Below are positions 41,541 to 52,626 of a stretch of DNA of 64,000 nucleotides, one piece after another. The stretch covers positions 290,407-354,406 of the forward strand of contig CBDAOC010000018.1 in the NCBI GenBank assembly GCA_965197925.1, in the 5' to 3' direction. Below the pieces are notes generated by a model. The model was not told the DNA's origin. It did no database searches and worked only from the letters and a program-made list of their open reading frames with translations. The position numbers and the translations under genes were made by a program. How positions within the stretch are numbered: the stretch's first letter is position 1; each line of letters starts with the position of its first letter. The DNA is from Nitrososphaerales archaeon (lineage in GTDB: Archaea > Thermoproteota > Nitrososphaeria > Nitrososphaerales > UBA213).

Positions 41541-42995
41541 GTGATAGATACTTTAGAGTTTAATGCAACGGATATTGTAGATCTGATCAAAGACGGATCT
41601 TTAAACGTAGAAGAATACATCACAAAACTACTTGAGCGTACAAAAAAGATAGAAAGCAAAGTACATGCATATTTATCTGTAAATGAATTGGCTATTGAAA
41701 AGGCAAAGCAGATTGATGGTGCTGTCAAGAGGGGAGAGAAGCTGGGACGGCTTGCTGGTATTGGAATAGCTGTGAAGGACAACATATGCACCAGAGGAAT
41801 GAAAACAACATGTGCGTCAAAAATGCTTCAAGATTATGTTCCGCCCTACAATGCAACAGTTATAGAAAAGCTAGAGCATGACGGTGCGATCATACTTGGA
41901 AAGACAAACCTTGACGAATTTGCTATGGGCTCGTCTACTGAATTCAGCAGATTTCAGTTAACCAGGAATCCATGGGATACCGAGAGGGTTCCCGGAGGAT
42001 CTTCCGGAGGTAGCGCAGCTTCCTTGGCAAGTACAGAAGCTTCGCTTGCACTTGGATCAGACACCGGTGGTTCAATAAGGTGCCCTGCGAGCTTTTGTTC
42101 CACGGTTGGATTAAAACCTACATATGGACTTGTTAGCAGATATGGACTCGTTTCATTTGCAAATAGTTTGGAACTGATTGGACCTATGGGTAGATCTGTT
42201 CATGATGTGGCATTGATGCTGAGTAGTATCGCGGGTAGAGATTCCATGGATCATACAACCCTAGATGTTGATGCAAAAGATTACACAGCCTCCATAAAGC
42301 TTGGTGTGAAAGGTCTGAAGATCGGTTTAGTCAAAGAAATGATTAATTCTGATGGCATAGACGAACGTGTGTCTAAAAGCATCTATTCAGCAGCAGGTAA
42401 ATTCGAGAGTTTGGGAGCTACTCTCGAAGAAGTTTCCATCGATTCATTACATTACGCTTTACCTTCTTATTACACTTTAGCAACAGCAGAGGCAAGCAGC
42501 AATCTTGCAAGGTATGATGGAATACGTTATGGCGCGAGTATGGATCCAGAAGGTTTCGAATGGAATTCATATTATATGGGGATGAGAAGCAACTTTGGAG
42601 AGGAAGTAAAGAGAAGGATAATTATAGGGACATATGTTTTGTCATCAGGTTATTACGGAAGGTATTACTTGAAGGCCCAAAAGATTAGAAGCTTAATCAA
42701 GCAAGAATTTTCAGCATTTTTCAAGACATATGATCTATTGATAGCACCTACTATGCCATTGTTGCCGTATAAGATAGGCGAAAAATCTATTGATCCGTTT
42801 CAAATGTACATCGCAGATTTAGATACCGTGGCTGCCAATCTTGCAGGAATACCATCAATTTCTGTCCCTTATGCATTTACGGATGGTTTACCAGTTGGGT
42901 TGCAGATAATGGGAAATGACATGAATGAAGAACTGCTATTAAGAGCTGCGTATTCACTCGAGGAGGTTACCGATGTGAAGAAGGTGATTAAATGA
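41541..42995 (+). CDS. gatA: amidotransferase subunit A
   Basis: KDNI, GKTNLDEFAMGSS, GGSSGGSAA, GSDTGGSIRCPA, SSNLARYDG. Confidence 0.97.
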   Translation: MIDTLEFNATDIVDLIKDGSLNVEEYITKLLERTKKIESKVHAYLSVNELAIEKAKQIDGAVKRGEKLGRLAGIGIAVKDNICTRGMKTTCASKMLQDYVPPYNATVIEKLEHDGAIILGKTNLDEFAMGSSTEFSRFQLTRNPWDTERVPGGSSGGSAASLASTEASLALGSDTGGSIRCPASFCSTVGLKPTYGLVSRYGLVSFANSLELIGPMGRSVHDVALMLSSIAGRDSMDHTTLDVDAKDYTASIKLGVKGLKIGLVKEMINSDGIDERVSKSIYSAAGKFESLGATLEEVSIDSLHYALPSYYTLATAEASSNLARYDGIRYGASMDPEGFEWNSYYMGMRSNFGEEVKRRIIIGTYVLSSGYYGRYYLKAQKIRSLIKQEFSAFFKTYDLLIAPTMPLLPYKIGEKSIDPFQMYIADLDTVAANLAGIPSISVPYAFTDGLPVGLQIMGNDMNEELLLRAAYSLEEVTDVKKVIK

Positions 42996-44413
42996 AGACA
43001 AAGATAGGGCTCGAGATCCATTGTCAAATCACAGGTTTGAAGAGTAAACTCTTCTGTTCATGCTCATCTGATTATAGGGGCAAGCAACCAAACGGTAACA
43101 TCTGTCCTATTTGTTTAGGCTTGCCTGGTACGTTACCAGCCTTGAATAAAAAAGCATTGGAGTATGCATCGATGATCTCATTGGCCTTTAACTGCCGTAT
43201 ACCTGATATAGTGGCATTTTATAGAAAGAACTACTTCTATCCAGATCTTCCAAAAAACTTCCAAATAACACAATATAACAATTATCAGATAAGCAGTATA
43301 GGAACTAATGGAAGTATAGAATTCGATCATCAAAAAGTCAGGATTAGGCGTATGCAGTTAGAGGAGGATCCAGGTAGAATAGTCTACGAAAGTGGGATGG
43401 GGACATCACACTACACATTGGTGGACTATAGTAGGGCTGGAGTAGCATTAATAGAAATAGTTACAGAGCCTGACTTTGATGATCCTAAAGCTGTGAGACT
43501 ATTTCTGAATAAACTCGTATCGGTGTTGGAACATTTGGGAGTGTGTAACACAAAGTTAGAAGGCGCTGTAAGGTGTGATGCTAATATTTCTCTAGAAGAT
43601 GGTCAGAAGGTTGAAATCAAGAATGTTGGGTCCTTCAAGGAAGTGGAGAAAGCATTGCTGTTTGAAATATCAAGGCAGAAGAGTTTGGGTGACAAGGGAT
43701 TTGAATTAAAGGCTGAGACTAGGCACTGGGATGATACGAGACGAATAACCTTACAGTCCAGAACGAAGGAGGCGGAACAAGACTACCGTTATTTTCCAGA
43801 AGCAGATATTCCCGCAGTAAGTTTAGGTAATAAGTTGCTAAGTTCTATAACAAAAAAGATGCCAGAACTACCTGACGTAAGAAAATCGAGATTTATCAAA
43901 AAGTTCAGTTTATCGGAACAAACTGCGCAGATCTTGATTGATGATAAAGAAGTAGCAGATTTTTTTGAAGAAAGTGCGAAGTTGTACGGCAATGCAAAAG
44001 AAATAGCCAACTGGATTGTTACAGATCTCAAAGGATATTTTAATGAAGTTGTGGGTTTAAGATCGCTGAAAGTGAAACCGGCACACGTAGCTGAGCTTGC
44101 TAAACTCGTAGATAATTCCACAATCAGTAGAAATACGGGAAAACAAATCCTTCATCAAATAATTAAGAGTGGAGATATGCCGTCAGAAGTAATGAAGAAT
44201 CTTGGAGTAAGACGAATAAGCGACGAGGGTTCACTTGCAGAGATAGTGGATGATGTGTTTGAGAAGGAATCTAACGCGGTGCAGGACGCTCTTAAGAATG
44301 AAAAAACCATAAATTTTCTACTAGGCAAGGTGATACAATCTACTAAAGGCAGGGCGGATCCCAAAATTGCTACAGAGTTGATCAGGAAGAAGCTCGCAAG
44401 TATTTCTACTTAG
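42992..44413 (+). CDS. gatB: amidotransferase subunit B
   Basis: IGLEIH, RKNYFYPDLPK, EIVTEPD, RCDANIS, YRYFPE, GRADP. Confidence 0.97.
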   Translation: MKTKIGLEIHCQITGLKSKLFCSCSSDYRGKQPNGNICPICLGLPGTLPALNKKALEYASMISLAFNCRIPDIVAFYRKNYFYPDLPKNFQITQYNNYQISSIGTNGSIEFDHQKVRIRRMQLEEDPGRIVYESGMGTSHYTLVDYSRAGVALIEIVTEPDFDDPKAVRLFLNKLVSVLEHLGVCNTKLEGAVRCDANISLEDGQKVEIKNVGSFKEVEKALLFEISRQKSLGDKGFELKAETRHWDDTRRITLQSRTKEAEQDYRYFPEADIPAVSLGNKLLSSITKKMPELPDVRKSRFIKKFSLSEQTAQILIDDKEVADFFEESAKLYGNAKEIANWIVTDLKGYFNEVVGLRSLKVKPAHVAELAKLVDNSTISRNTGKQILHQIIKSGDMPSEVMKNLGVRRISDEGSLAEIVDDVFEKESNAVQDALKNEKTINFLLGKVIQSTKGRADPKIATELIRKKLASIST

Positions 44414-45454
44414 AGCTTATCCTAAAATTAACATCATAGCCTAATTGTTTATACCGAAACAGATCTAGATCTGTCCTCTCTAGCTAAATTTGTGAGAAAA
44501 TCAAAGAAAAAGAGCATGCCGACCATATGGCATATACCAGACAATCTATGGGTAGAGTTCAAACTAGTGTTGCCACCAGAGAAACCAGCAAGAACAGTTG
44601 GAAGGCCGGCTGTGCCATTTAGAAAAGTATTGAATGGAATACTGTACGTATTAAGAACTGGATGCCAGTGGAAGAAGGTGCCGAAAGAATTTGGTTCTGG
44701 TTCAACTTGCCATGCAAGATTTCAGGAATGGATTGGGATAGGAGTATTCAAGAAGGTATGGAAGAGGCTGCTGGAAATATATGATGAATTGAAGGGTATA
44801 GGATGGGACTGGCAATCCATGGATAGCGTACCGAAGGCCCCATTAGGGGGAAAACGACCGGAGCAAATCCAACGGATAGAGGCAAGCTAGGTACCAAACG
44901 TCACATGCTTGTTGATAGAAGAGGAGTACCTCTCTCATCTGTAATTACTGGAGCAAATAAACACGATATGAAATCAGCCTTTCCTACAATAGATAGCATT
45001 GTTGTTGATAGACCTAAAATTAAACAGAACATATGCATGAATAGGATACGATTTCCCTGAGATAGAGTATGGAGTTAGGAGAAGGGGATATGTGGATCAC
45101 ATTCGTCGTAAGGGTGAAGTATTGAAAAAGAATTTGTACAAAGCAAAGGTGGGTTGTAGAAAGAACCGCATCTTGGCATAACAGGTTCAGAAAGTTATTA
45201 GTAAGGTTCGAGAAGAGAGAGGAAAATTATCAGGCGCTAGTAGAATTTGCTAACTGCCTAATAGTGTATAGAGCGATATATTGGTAGTGTCATAAACACG
45301 TTAATGCAACTGTTTCTAGTATCTACTATCTACAATACTAATAAAATCAATAGTAAGAAAACTAAACCCGACAGTTTGAACTAATATTCTTGCATTCTAA
45401 ATGTTATCATTTCTACCAATCATTAACTATCAGCTAGAATTTTAGGATAGGCTC
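44413..45454 (+). mobile_element. IS5-family (IS1031-like) element, copy A2, defective transposase
   Basis: GAGCTTATCCTAAAATT ... AATTTTAGGATAGGCTC; TTA duplication at 44410-44412 and 45455-45457; OrfA 44492-44890; G GGA AAA slippery site 44848-44854; near-identical to A1. Confidence 0.94.
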
Positions 45455-45989
45455 TTAATTGCTTCTGGGATTTTGGGTACAATTAGAAAATAGTTCATTA
45501 ATTCCTAGGAACTGAATTTACGGCAGTTATTTCTTTTTTTGGCAAATCATTTTTAGAAAGTACTCCGTCTTGGATAAAACAAATACAAGCAATTCCGTGC
45601 AGAATCTCTGACGAAACAAGTATACATGAAATCTGATGTATCTAGTACCCCCGCCATTACGATTCTTAGCAAAATTGTTTTTTTTAGAAATTCATATGTA
45701 TTTTTTTGACTTTTCCCAGCTTTTTATCATACCTATCTTAGCTATCGAATACTTGAATTTCTTTAGCTAGCGCGGTCTCTTTATTTCTGTTATTAAGAAG
45801 CTCTTCGCCAACTTTGAATTTTCGCCTATAATTTGATACTTATTGTGTTGAGGTACGCATTGTTGAAATGACAAATCAGGAAGCAAATCTACCCTTTAAA
45901 GCAATAGAACAGATAAGATTTATTGTTACAGGTCCTAGTACTAGGAATTTCTGAGTCGTGTATTCTGCATAGGCCAATATTGAGGGATG

Positions 45990-47225
45990 TTATGAAATTG
46001 TTTCGAGATGATTTACCACCAAAGGTAGGAATGAACCAACATCTGATACTATTCCTAATGCTTGCCAGGTTCCCCTATCAAGAAGCTTCGTAACTACCGG
46101 TTGGCTAATGTCAACAGCAACAACCTTTACTTTCGAATGTAGCATATTCCCGACAGCAATAGAGTGGAGCATCGTACAGAGCATCAGTACCATATCTGTA
46201 CCCTTTAGTAATTCCCTATGCTTCTCCTGTGCCTCCACAACATTTACTATACAATCCGGAATCGGACCATCATCGCGCAAAGATGCTGCAAGGACGTATG
46301 GTACACTATTTCTAATACATTCATACATTATACCATGTTTCAAAATACCTTTTTTTACCATATCACTTATTGAACCTGCTTTGAAGACCTCGTTGACTGC
46401 TCGCATGTGGTTTCTATGTCCTCTAACTGCAAGCGTTCCATCATTAACATACATACCAAGTGATGTCCCCATCAAAGAATATTCTATATCGTGGACCGCC
46501 AATGCATTCCCAGCAAAAAGAACATCGATATAACCCATCCTAATCAGCCTTGCAAGCGATTCCGATGCTCCAGTATGGACAATCGCCGGACCTCCCACAA
46601 CCACTATCTTCCCTTTCTTGGATTTCGTATCGTAGATGTCGTTTGCAACTTTCCTTGCAATATGTTGGGTCGGCCTCTCGCTTGAACTGTTGCTGCTCAT
46701 GAACTGAAATACATCTATGCCTTCCCTTGGTCTCTCAGGAGGGGAAACCATGACACCCTTTTCTCCAACAGTAATGAGATCTCCTTGTCTCACATCACGA
46801 ATGGGCTTGCAATACGCAATCTTTTTAACCGGATCGTAAACAATGCATTTATCCATCATCATTTTTTCAACTTTGATCCATTTACCTTGATGAATGAAAG
46901 TTGGATTATTTGTAGAGCTGTAAAAGTTGTCAGGCATTACCATATCCCTAGGTGCTTCCTCTAGGTTCACATCCTCTACTGATACTGAGACTGCCCCCTC
47001 ACGATACACTTCCTCGATCAGTTCTTCCAGGTGCTCTTTGCTCTTCCCCTTGATCAGCAACTTAGCATAGCTCGGGGCTTCCTTCTTCTTCCCTATAGAA
47101 AATTTCAAAACTTCAAAATCTCCATCCATGTCCATGATTTTATCAAATATTCTCGTAAGTATCATGGAATCTATCAGATGTCCCTTTACCTCGATCTCCC
47201 TTTCATTTTTCCTAAAGTTTATCAC
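45990..47225 (-). CDS. LOR/SDH-domain protein (TIGR00300 family; ornithine cyclodeaminase-like)
   Basis: GHLIDS, P.NFYSSTN, FQFMSS..SSERP, GPAIVHTG, GNALAVHDIE, RDDGP, KLLDRG. Confidence 0.85.
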   Translation of the reverse strand: MINFRKNEREIEVKGHLIDSMILTRIFDKIMDMDGDFEVLKFSIGKKKEAPSYAKLLIKGKSKEHLEELIEEVYREGAVSVSVEDVNLEEAPRDMVMPDNFYSSTNNPTFIHQGKWIKVEKMMMDKCIVYDPVKKIAYCKPIRDVRQGDLITVGEKGVMVSPPERPREGIDVFQFMSSNSSSERPTQHIARKVANDIYDTKSKKGKIVVVGGPAIVHTGASESLARLIRMGYIDVLFAGNALAVHDIEYSLMGTSLGMYVNDGTLAVRGHRNHMRAVNEVFKAGSISDMVKKGILKHGIMYECIRNSVPYVLAASLRDDGPIPDCIVNVVEAQEKHRELLKGTDMVLMLCTMLHSIAVGNMLHSKVKVVAVDISQPVVTKLLDRGTWQALGIVSDVGSFLPLVVNHLETIS

Positions 47226-47263
47226 CAGCCAAAGTATCGTACCTATGTCTTCTACTTAAAAAT

Positions 47264-47584
47264 CTATATTGGGATCTTTATCTTGTCAATATACTCTTCC
47301 ATCCCATCGCCCTTCATCTTCGCTATGATCTTGTCCGCATCTTCTTTCTTGAACCATGATGCTATTGACTTTGCATTACCTTCTTTATCACACAGGCAAA
47401 TTATACAACCATGTTCCCCTAGGACAAGTCCACCAAGGTCTTCTTCACCCACGGGTTCCCATATGTTGTTCTTGCTTTCCTTCAAAGCAATAGCAGGCAT
47501 TGCATTTCCTGCATACTTCTTAAGTTTTGCAGTAGCATCTTTGATCCTCACTTGTCCTATCTTCAGTGCCTGAAAGTACTGCAT
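47264..47584 (-). CDS. hypothetical protein (resembles a conserved thaumarchaeal family)
   Basis: Clean 106 aa ORF co-oriented between the HD hydrolase and LOR/SDH genes; WEPVGEE motif. Confidence 0.65.
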   Translation of the reverse strand: MQYFQALKIGQVRIKDATAKLKKYAGNAMPAIALKESKNNIWEPVGEEDLGGLVLGEHGCIICLCDKEGNAKSIASWFKKEDADKIIAKMKGDGMEEYIDKIKIPI

Positions 47585-47592
47585 GTTGAATC

Positions 47593-48141
47593 CTATGTTT
47601 TGCCTTCCTTTAAACTGTTCAGCATATCCACCAATTCCTTATCTTTTATTCCAGCTTTTGCAGAAAGAAAGAAATGCTCAAGAAGTTCATGATCGCACCC
47701 CTTCTTCATATAGTCATTTGCCTGAAGGGCCATCTCCAATTTATCTAATTGATTAACGAGCTTCGATTCCTCACTTGTCATAGCCCTATACTCTCGCCAT
47801 AATTTGGTATAATTTGAGCGAATCCTTGGTGGTAATTTGCTCAAAAGGCTTTTCATCGCGGCCTCTTCCTTGTTCTTCTTAGCCCGAGTCTTCTTCGATA
47901 GATCATCTGGGATATAGTCACCTGTTATTGATTCTGCCAGATCGTGAAGTAGCGCAATTTTCATTGCTTTGTTACCATTCAACCCTCTTTTGTCTGCAAT
48001 TACCATGGACATGATTGCAGTTAAATAAGAATGGTCCGCGACCGATTCTGGTTTCCCTACCTTGAGCCTTACCACCCATCCTCGCCGATCTGTCCATTTT
48101 AGTTTATTAGCAAGTTCAAAGAATCCTAGCAAATCTACCAT
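47593..48141 (-). CDS. HD-domain phosphohydrolase (HDDC2/YfbR-like)
   Basis: LK...RRGW, ESVADHS, LLHDLAE..GD, DKLEM..QA. Confidence 0.9.
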   Translation of the reverse strand: MVDLLGFFELANKLKWTDRRGWVVRLKVGKPESVADHSYLTAIMSMVIADKRGLNGNKAMKIALLHDLAESITGDYIPDDLSKKTRAKKNKEEAAMKSLLSKLPPRIRSNYTKLWREYRAMTSEESKLVNQLDKLEMALQANDYMKKGCDHELLEHFFLSAKAGIKDKELVDMLNSLKEGKT

Positions 48142-48628
48142 TAAAAATATCACCTTGATGAAACATAATGTATACAATCCATCAGGTTTGATGGATCTTC
48201 ATAGTTATTAAAATTGGAATTACGTCCTAGACATTTGCCCTCGTTCATATTATGTATTTCACTGAAGTTGATTTTAAGTTATTTGTTTGAGTAAGATTAT
48301 TCATAACTTTGAGATCAGATAATTCATCATACGAGGAAGGAAATTAATCTTATGGGACAGGGTAGTGAACTACAAAATTACATATTATACAGTCAAACAT
48401 AAATGAGAAAGATAACAGCGAGGGACCCATAATAACTGCTATCTGATCAAGCATAAGATCGATTTATGTTTGTTTAACTCAACACATTTATATTCTGATT
48501 AAGATTGTCAAAATTTACTATGTTTAAGCTTTATGATTATAATGTTCATGATACACAAGTAACTTGTGTAGTAAATATAATGCACCCTTTCCAAATATGT
48601 TAATGGAGAGAGCTTCAATGGAGTACAT

Positions 48629-48862
48629 ATGATGAAGAATACTTTTTCTAGTATACTTCCACTCAAGGTGCTACTTATCACAGGGGCATGCTTGTTGACA
48701 ATTTCTGGATCGATAGTATTTGGTCTCATAAATGAGGATATATTGAATTATACTGGAGATAAGTCGTTTGCCACAAAGATTGTCTATACAACTGGCGGAT
48801 TTGGATTCGTGACAATCGTTCTTGCTGGGTCGTTTTACTTTCGTTACAAGTATAGGTTGTAA
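48629..48862 (+). CDS. small two-TM membrane protein
   Basis: Two hydrophobic segments and a basic C-terminus; AT-rich box upstream. Confidence 0.5.
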   Translation: MMKNTFSSILPLKVLLITGACLLTISGSIVFGLINEDILNYTGDKSFATKIVYTTGGFGFVTIVLAGSFYFRYKYRL

Positions 48863-48898
48863 CACATTAATTTAAGAATGTTGTAAGGATATCATTTC

Positions 48899-49447
48899 AT
48901 GGTGAAGATATACACAAAGGGAGGAGATAGAGGTTACACTTCCTTAATAGGGGGAAAGAGAGTTTCAAAATCTAGCATAAGGATAAGTGCATATGGCCAA
49001 ATTGATGAATTGAATTGCTCCATAGGAGTTGTAATATCTTTTATTGGCGAGAATGAAGTAAAGAATTTACTTCAAACAATACAAAACGAACTATTCATAG
49101 TAGGGTCTGATTTGGCCGATCCTTCATATCCTGATAACCCGAATAAAATTCCTAGAGTTACTGACGCAATGGTTAAGGGGTTGGAGAATATTATAGATTA
49201 TTATGATCAGGAAGTTGGGGCTATACAATATTTTATTCTTCCAGGAGGAAGTAAAGATGCTTCACTACTACATCTGGCAAGAGGTATCGCCAGAAGAGCC
49301 GAAAGGAATACCGTTGAACTATCAAGTATAGAAAAGATTAATCCCGCAATAATTACATATTTGAACAGATTATCAGATCTGCTTTTTACCTTAGCTAGGG
49401 TGATGAACAAACGTAGGAACATAAATGACGTAGCTTGGAATCCCTGA
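48899..49447 (+). CDS. PduO-type cob(I)alamin adenosyltransferase
   Basis: KIYTKGGD.G.T, YG..DELN, FILPGG, ARRAER, YLNRLSDLLF. Confidence 0.95.
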   Translation: MVKIYTKGGDRGYTSLIGGKRVSKSSIRISAYGQIDELNCSIGVVISFIGENEVKNLLQTIQNELFIVGSDLADPSYPDNPNKIPRVTDAMVKGLENIIDYYDQEVGAIQYFILPGGSKDASLLHLARGIARRAERNTVELSSIEKINPAIITYLNRLSDLLFTLARVMNKRRNINDVAWNP

Positions 49448-49585
49448 TCATTCATTCTGTAGGATCTTAACGGATTCTTCTGTGGAACCCCATTCTTTGT
49501 TGATCTCGATCATAACCTTGGCATTTATGAATGCCATAGCAGCCCAGAAGGGCACAAGTAACACAAACATCGTGTTGAAATCCAT
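49448..49585 (-). CDS. putative 45 aa single-TM protein
   Basis: MDFNTMFVLLVPFWAAMAFINAKVMIEINKEWGSTEESVKILQNE; stop codon abuts the pduO stop; below ORF-track cutoff. Confidence 0.45.
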   Translation of the reverse strand: MDFNTMFVLLVPFWAAMAFINAKVMIEINKEWGSTEESVKILQNE

Positions 49586-50130
49586 TTTTCTCACTTAATT
49601 TGAGAGTATTGAATATTTGGGGAACATGTTTACACTGTACACACGTGTACTTGCAGCTTACTAATCTTTAGTGCATTTGATAATGATCATATTAACTCTT
49701 TTTCCAAGTATGCAAACAAGAGTTTCTTATATTACATTGTACCTTCTTCCTCTAAATCAAATTGATTAGAGTTATCGAAATTGAAGGTGAATAGTCTGGC
49801 AAAAAACAACTTCACATGTGAAGTTTTTTTCTAATGGTATTTTAACATGGCCAAAACCAATTCTTATTTTAACAGAGAATGAACTTCATGTCCTTTTATG
49901 CAGTACTGTAGAGCACTTTTTCCTAGACTTGATGAACTGTTTATCAGAACAGATCCTAAAGGTTTTTCACGGATATTGCTGTATAGAGAAAACATCCTTC
50001 GAAGTCGACCACCTTGAACCAAAAACTTCTTTGAGTTCATCACATCTGCTTCCCAACAGGTATCGGATAACAATTTCTAGGTCCATTAGCTGATATAGTA
50101 CATGCCAGTAGTAAAGTTATTGTAGACTTA

Positions 50131-50515
50131 GAGCTTATCCGAAAATTAACATCATAGCCTAATTGTTTATACCGAAACAGATCTAGATCTGTTCTCTCTA
50201 GCTAAATTTGTGAGAAAATCAAAGAAAAAGAGCATGCCGATCATATGGCATATACCAAATGATCTATGGGAAGATTTCAAACTAGTGTTGCCACCAGAGA
50301 AACCAGCAAGAACAGTTGGAAGGCCAGCTTTACCATTTAGAAAAGTGTTGAATGGAATACTGTATGTTTTAAGAACTGGATGTCAGTGGAAGAAGGTGCC
50401 GAAAGAATTTGGTTCTGGCTCAACTTGCCATGCAAGATTTCAGGAATGGATTGGGATAGGAGTATTCAAGAAGGTATGGAAGAGGCTGCTGGAAATATAT
50501 GATGAATTAAAGAGT
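50131..50515 (+). mobile_element. IS5-family copy A3, 5' fragment only
   Basis: TTA then GAGCTTATCCGAAAATT; matches A2 up to ...IYDELK and then breaks at element C. Confidence 0.92.
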
Positions 50516-51389
50516 CAACTCATCTCAAAACCCTACAATACATCAAAAATGATGCAGGATTAACAAATGCCAGGTAGTTTTCTGCCGTTCTTTCATACCT
50601 GGTTCTTGTTCTGTGAAATCCATTCTTGAGCCATGCAAGGAATCTCTCAACTACAAATCTTGTCTTGTTGTAATGTTTGCAATCATTATTTTGCAAGATG
50701 AACTTGGAATTTATTTTGTATGGGATGCAACATGCAATATTTCTATCCCACAAATACATTCTGATGTATTTTGCATCATTTTGTCTGCATAAACTGATTC
50801 TATCTGTTGTATTGAATCATCATCAAGATAGTCTGAAATTGATCCTGTAACATCCATGCATTTTGTACTGTCATGTTCATTTGCTGGACTCAACAGTATG
50901 GATATTGGAAATCCGTTACTCTCTACTGCGGCATGTATTTTTGTACCTGTTATTCTCTTGAATCCATTATATCCAGTTACATTGCCCCTTTTTTATCAGG
51001 AATGGATGAAGAGTCAACTGATATTTTTTGTAGATTAATTTTGCCAGATTTATGTGCTGAGTGAATAGTACGTGATAGAATCTTTTTCCAGATTCCTTTT
51101 TGTTGCCATTTGTTTAACCTTCTGTTTGCAGTAGAATCATCACCATATCTTTTTGGCATATCGTCCCATCGGCATCCAGTAGTTAGAACATGGATTATTC
51201 CGTTAATGATTTTTCTATCATCATCCCTAGGCCTGCCAGTTTTTGCATGTGGCGGTATGTGTGATTCCATCATACTCCACTGTTTGTCTGATAATTCTTG
51301 GAATTTCATAAAATAATTTTAGATGTCGCTATTCATGGATCTAAATGGTCGCTAAAAATTGTCTAAATGGTTAGTTTTGAGATGAGTTG
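50516..51389 (-). mobile_element. IS5-family (IS427-like) element C, defective
   Basis: Perfect 16-bp TIR CAACTCATCTCAAAAC; OrfA 50977-51309 (GRPR, LTTGCRW), AAAAAAGGGG shift site, -1 OrfB (GTKIH, PANEHD, RFVVER) broken after YADK. Confidence 0.92.
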
Positions 51390-52173
51390 CCGGTATAGAT
51401 ACAGATGCTCGATGGGGCTACAGCAGAACCAAGGGATGGATATTCGGATACAAACTGCATCTAGCATGTAGCACAGGTTCATTGATAGTTCCATTATCAG
51501 CTGATTTCACAACAGCTAACATTACTGATAACAAGATGTATGAAAGCATAACATCTTCATTGCCTACAGGAATGGTAAAGTATGTTGTAGGAGATGAAGG
51601 ATATGATGATCACAAGTTATGTGATTTCAGCAGGTATAGAGGGCATCCAGTATTCCCATTGGAAAGGTATAGGCATACTACAGATAATAATAGACTGGCA
51701 TTGCTGCAGTTCTATAACTCTGAATATGGGCAGCATTTATACTCACAAAGAAGCATAAGTGTTGAACCATTGATAGAGCAGATAAAGGATGTATTTACCA
51801 TAGATCCATTGCCAGTTAGAGGATTTGATAAAGCTAGGAGCATCGTTCTGATTTCTGTATTGCTATACCAGCTGATGGTATACTACAACTACTTGACAGG
51901 AAGACCATTGGGCAGCATTTATACTCACAAAGAAGCATAAGTGTTGAACCATTGATAGAGCAGATAAAGGATGTATTTACCATAGATCCATTGCCAGTTA
52001 GAGGATTTGTAAAGCTAGGAGCATCGTTCTGATTTCTGTATTGCTATACCAGCTGATGGTATACTACAACTACTTGACAGGAAGACCATTAAGGGCATTG
52101 AAGCACATGTTGGGAAGTTAATCAATCAGAGGCATCAAGTTATTTTTGTTATATGGAATAATGCCCATGCCTC
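51390..52173 (+). mobile_element. IS copy B2, 3' fragment with internal tandem duplication
   Basis: Starts mid-transposase (CCGGTATAGATACAGATG = SGIDTDA) and ends at TIR AATAATGCCCATGCCTC. Confidence 0.9.
51727..52089 (+). repeat. 182-bp direct tandem duplication inside IS copy B2
   Basis: TGGGCAGCATTTATACTC...GAAGACCAT at 51727-51908 repeated at 51909-52089 with a 1-nt deletion. Confidence 0.9.
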
Positions 52174-52626
52174 AAATAACTAGGATAATTCTGTAGTACT
52201 TTCATTTAGTGTTATCAAAATCATTTCATCAGCTCCTGAATTAACCAAAGGCAAGGCCCTATAATTCATTGAAATGATTTTGATCAGAATATTTTTTTTA
52301 TATCTCATTGAGTTCATCTCGGATTTCAAAAGTTTTTCATTGCTTCCCGATAATACGATAGCTTTAAGAGAACCTTAAAGGTTCCAATATCTCAATATCC
52401 ACCCCCCTAATCCAATGTGTATAACCAAGGATATTTCTTGTAATGTTCTTCAAGATGTTCAATTATTAGATAACTGTTTTTCCCTAACTGTTACTCTATT
52501 TTTCATGGAGAGATTTGTACATCATATAAGATTTTAGTAAATCTAATCCCTTAATTTACACCTTGGAATCATTATTTCCTTTTTGATTATTGATGTCCTT
52601 GGTGAGTTTTATGAATTCCTATAGTT

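Noticed and set aside
44846..44855. Programmed -1 frameshift sites in the IS5 transposases (also 50985-50994)
   Set aside because: Real, but well known for split IS5-family transposases; recorded under features
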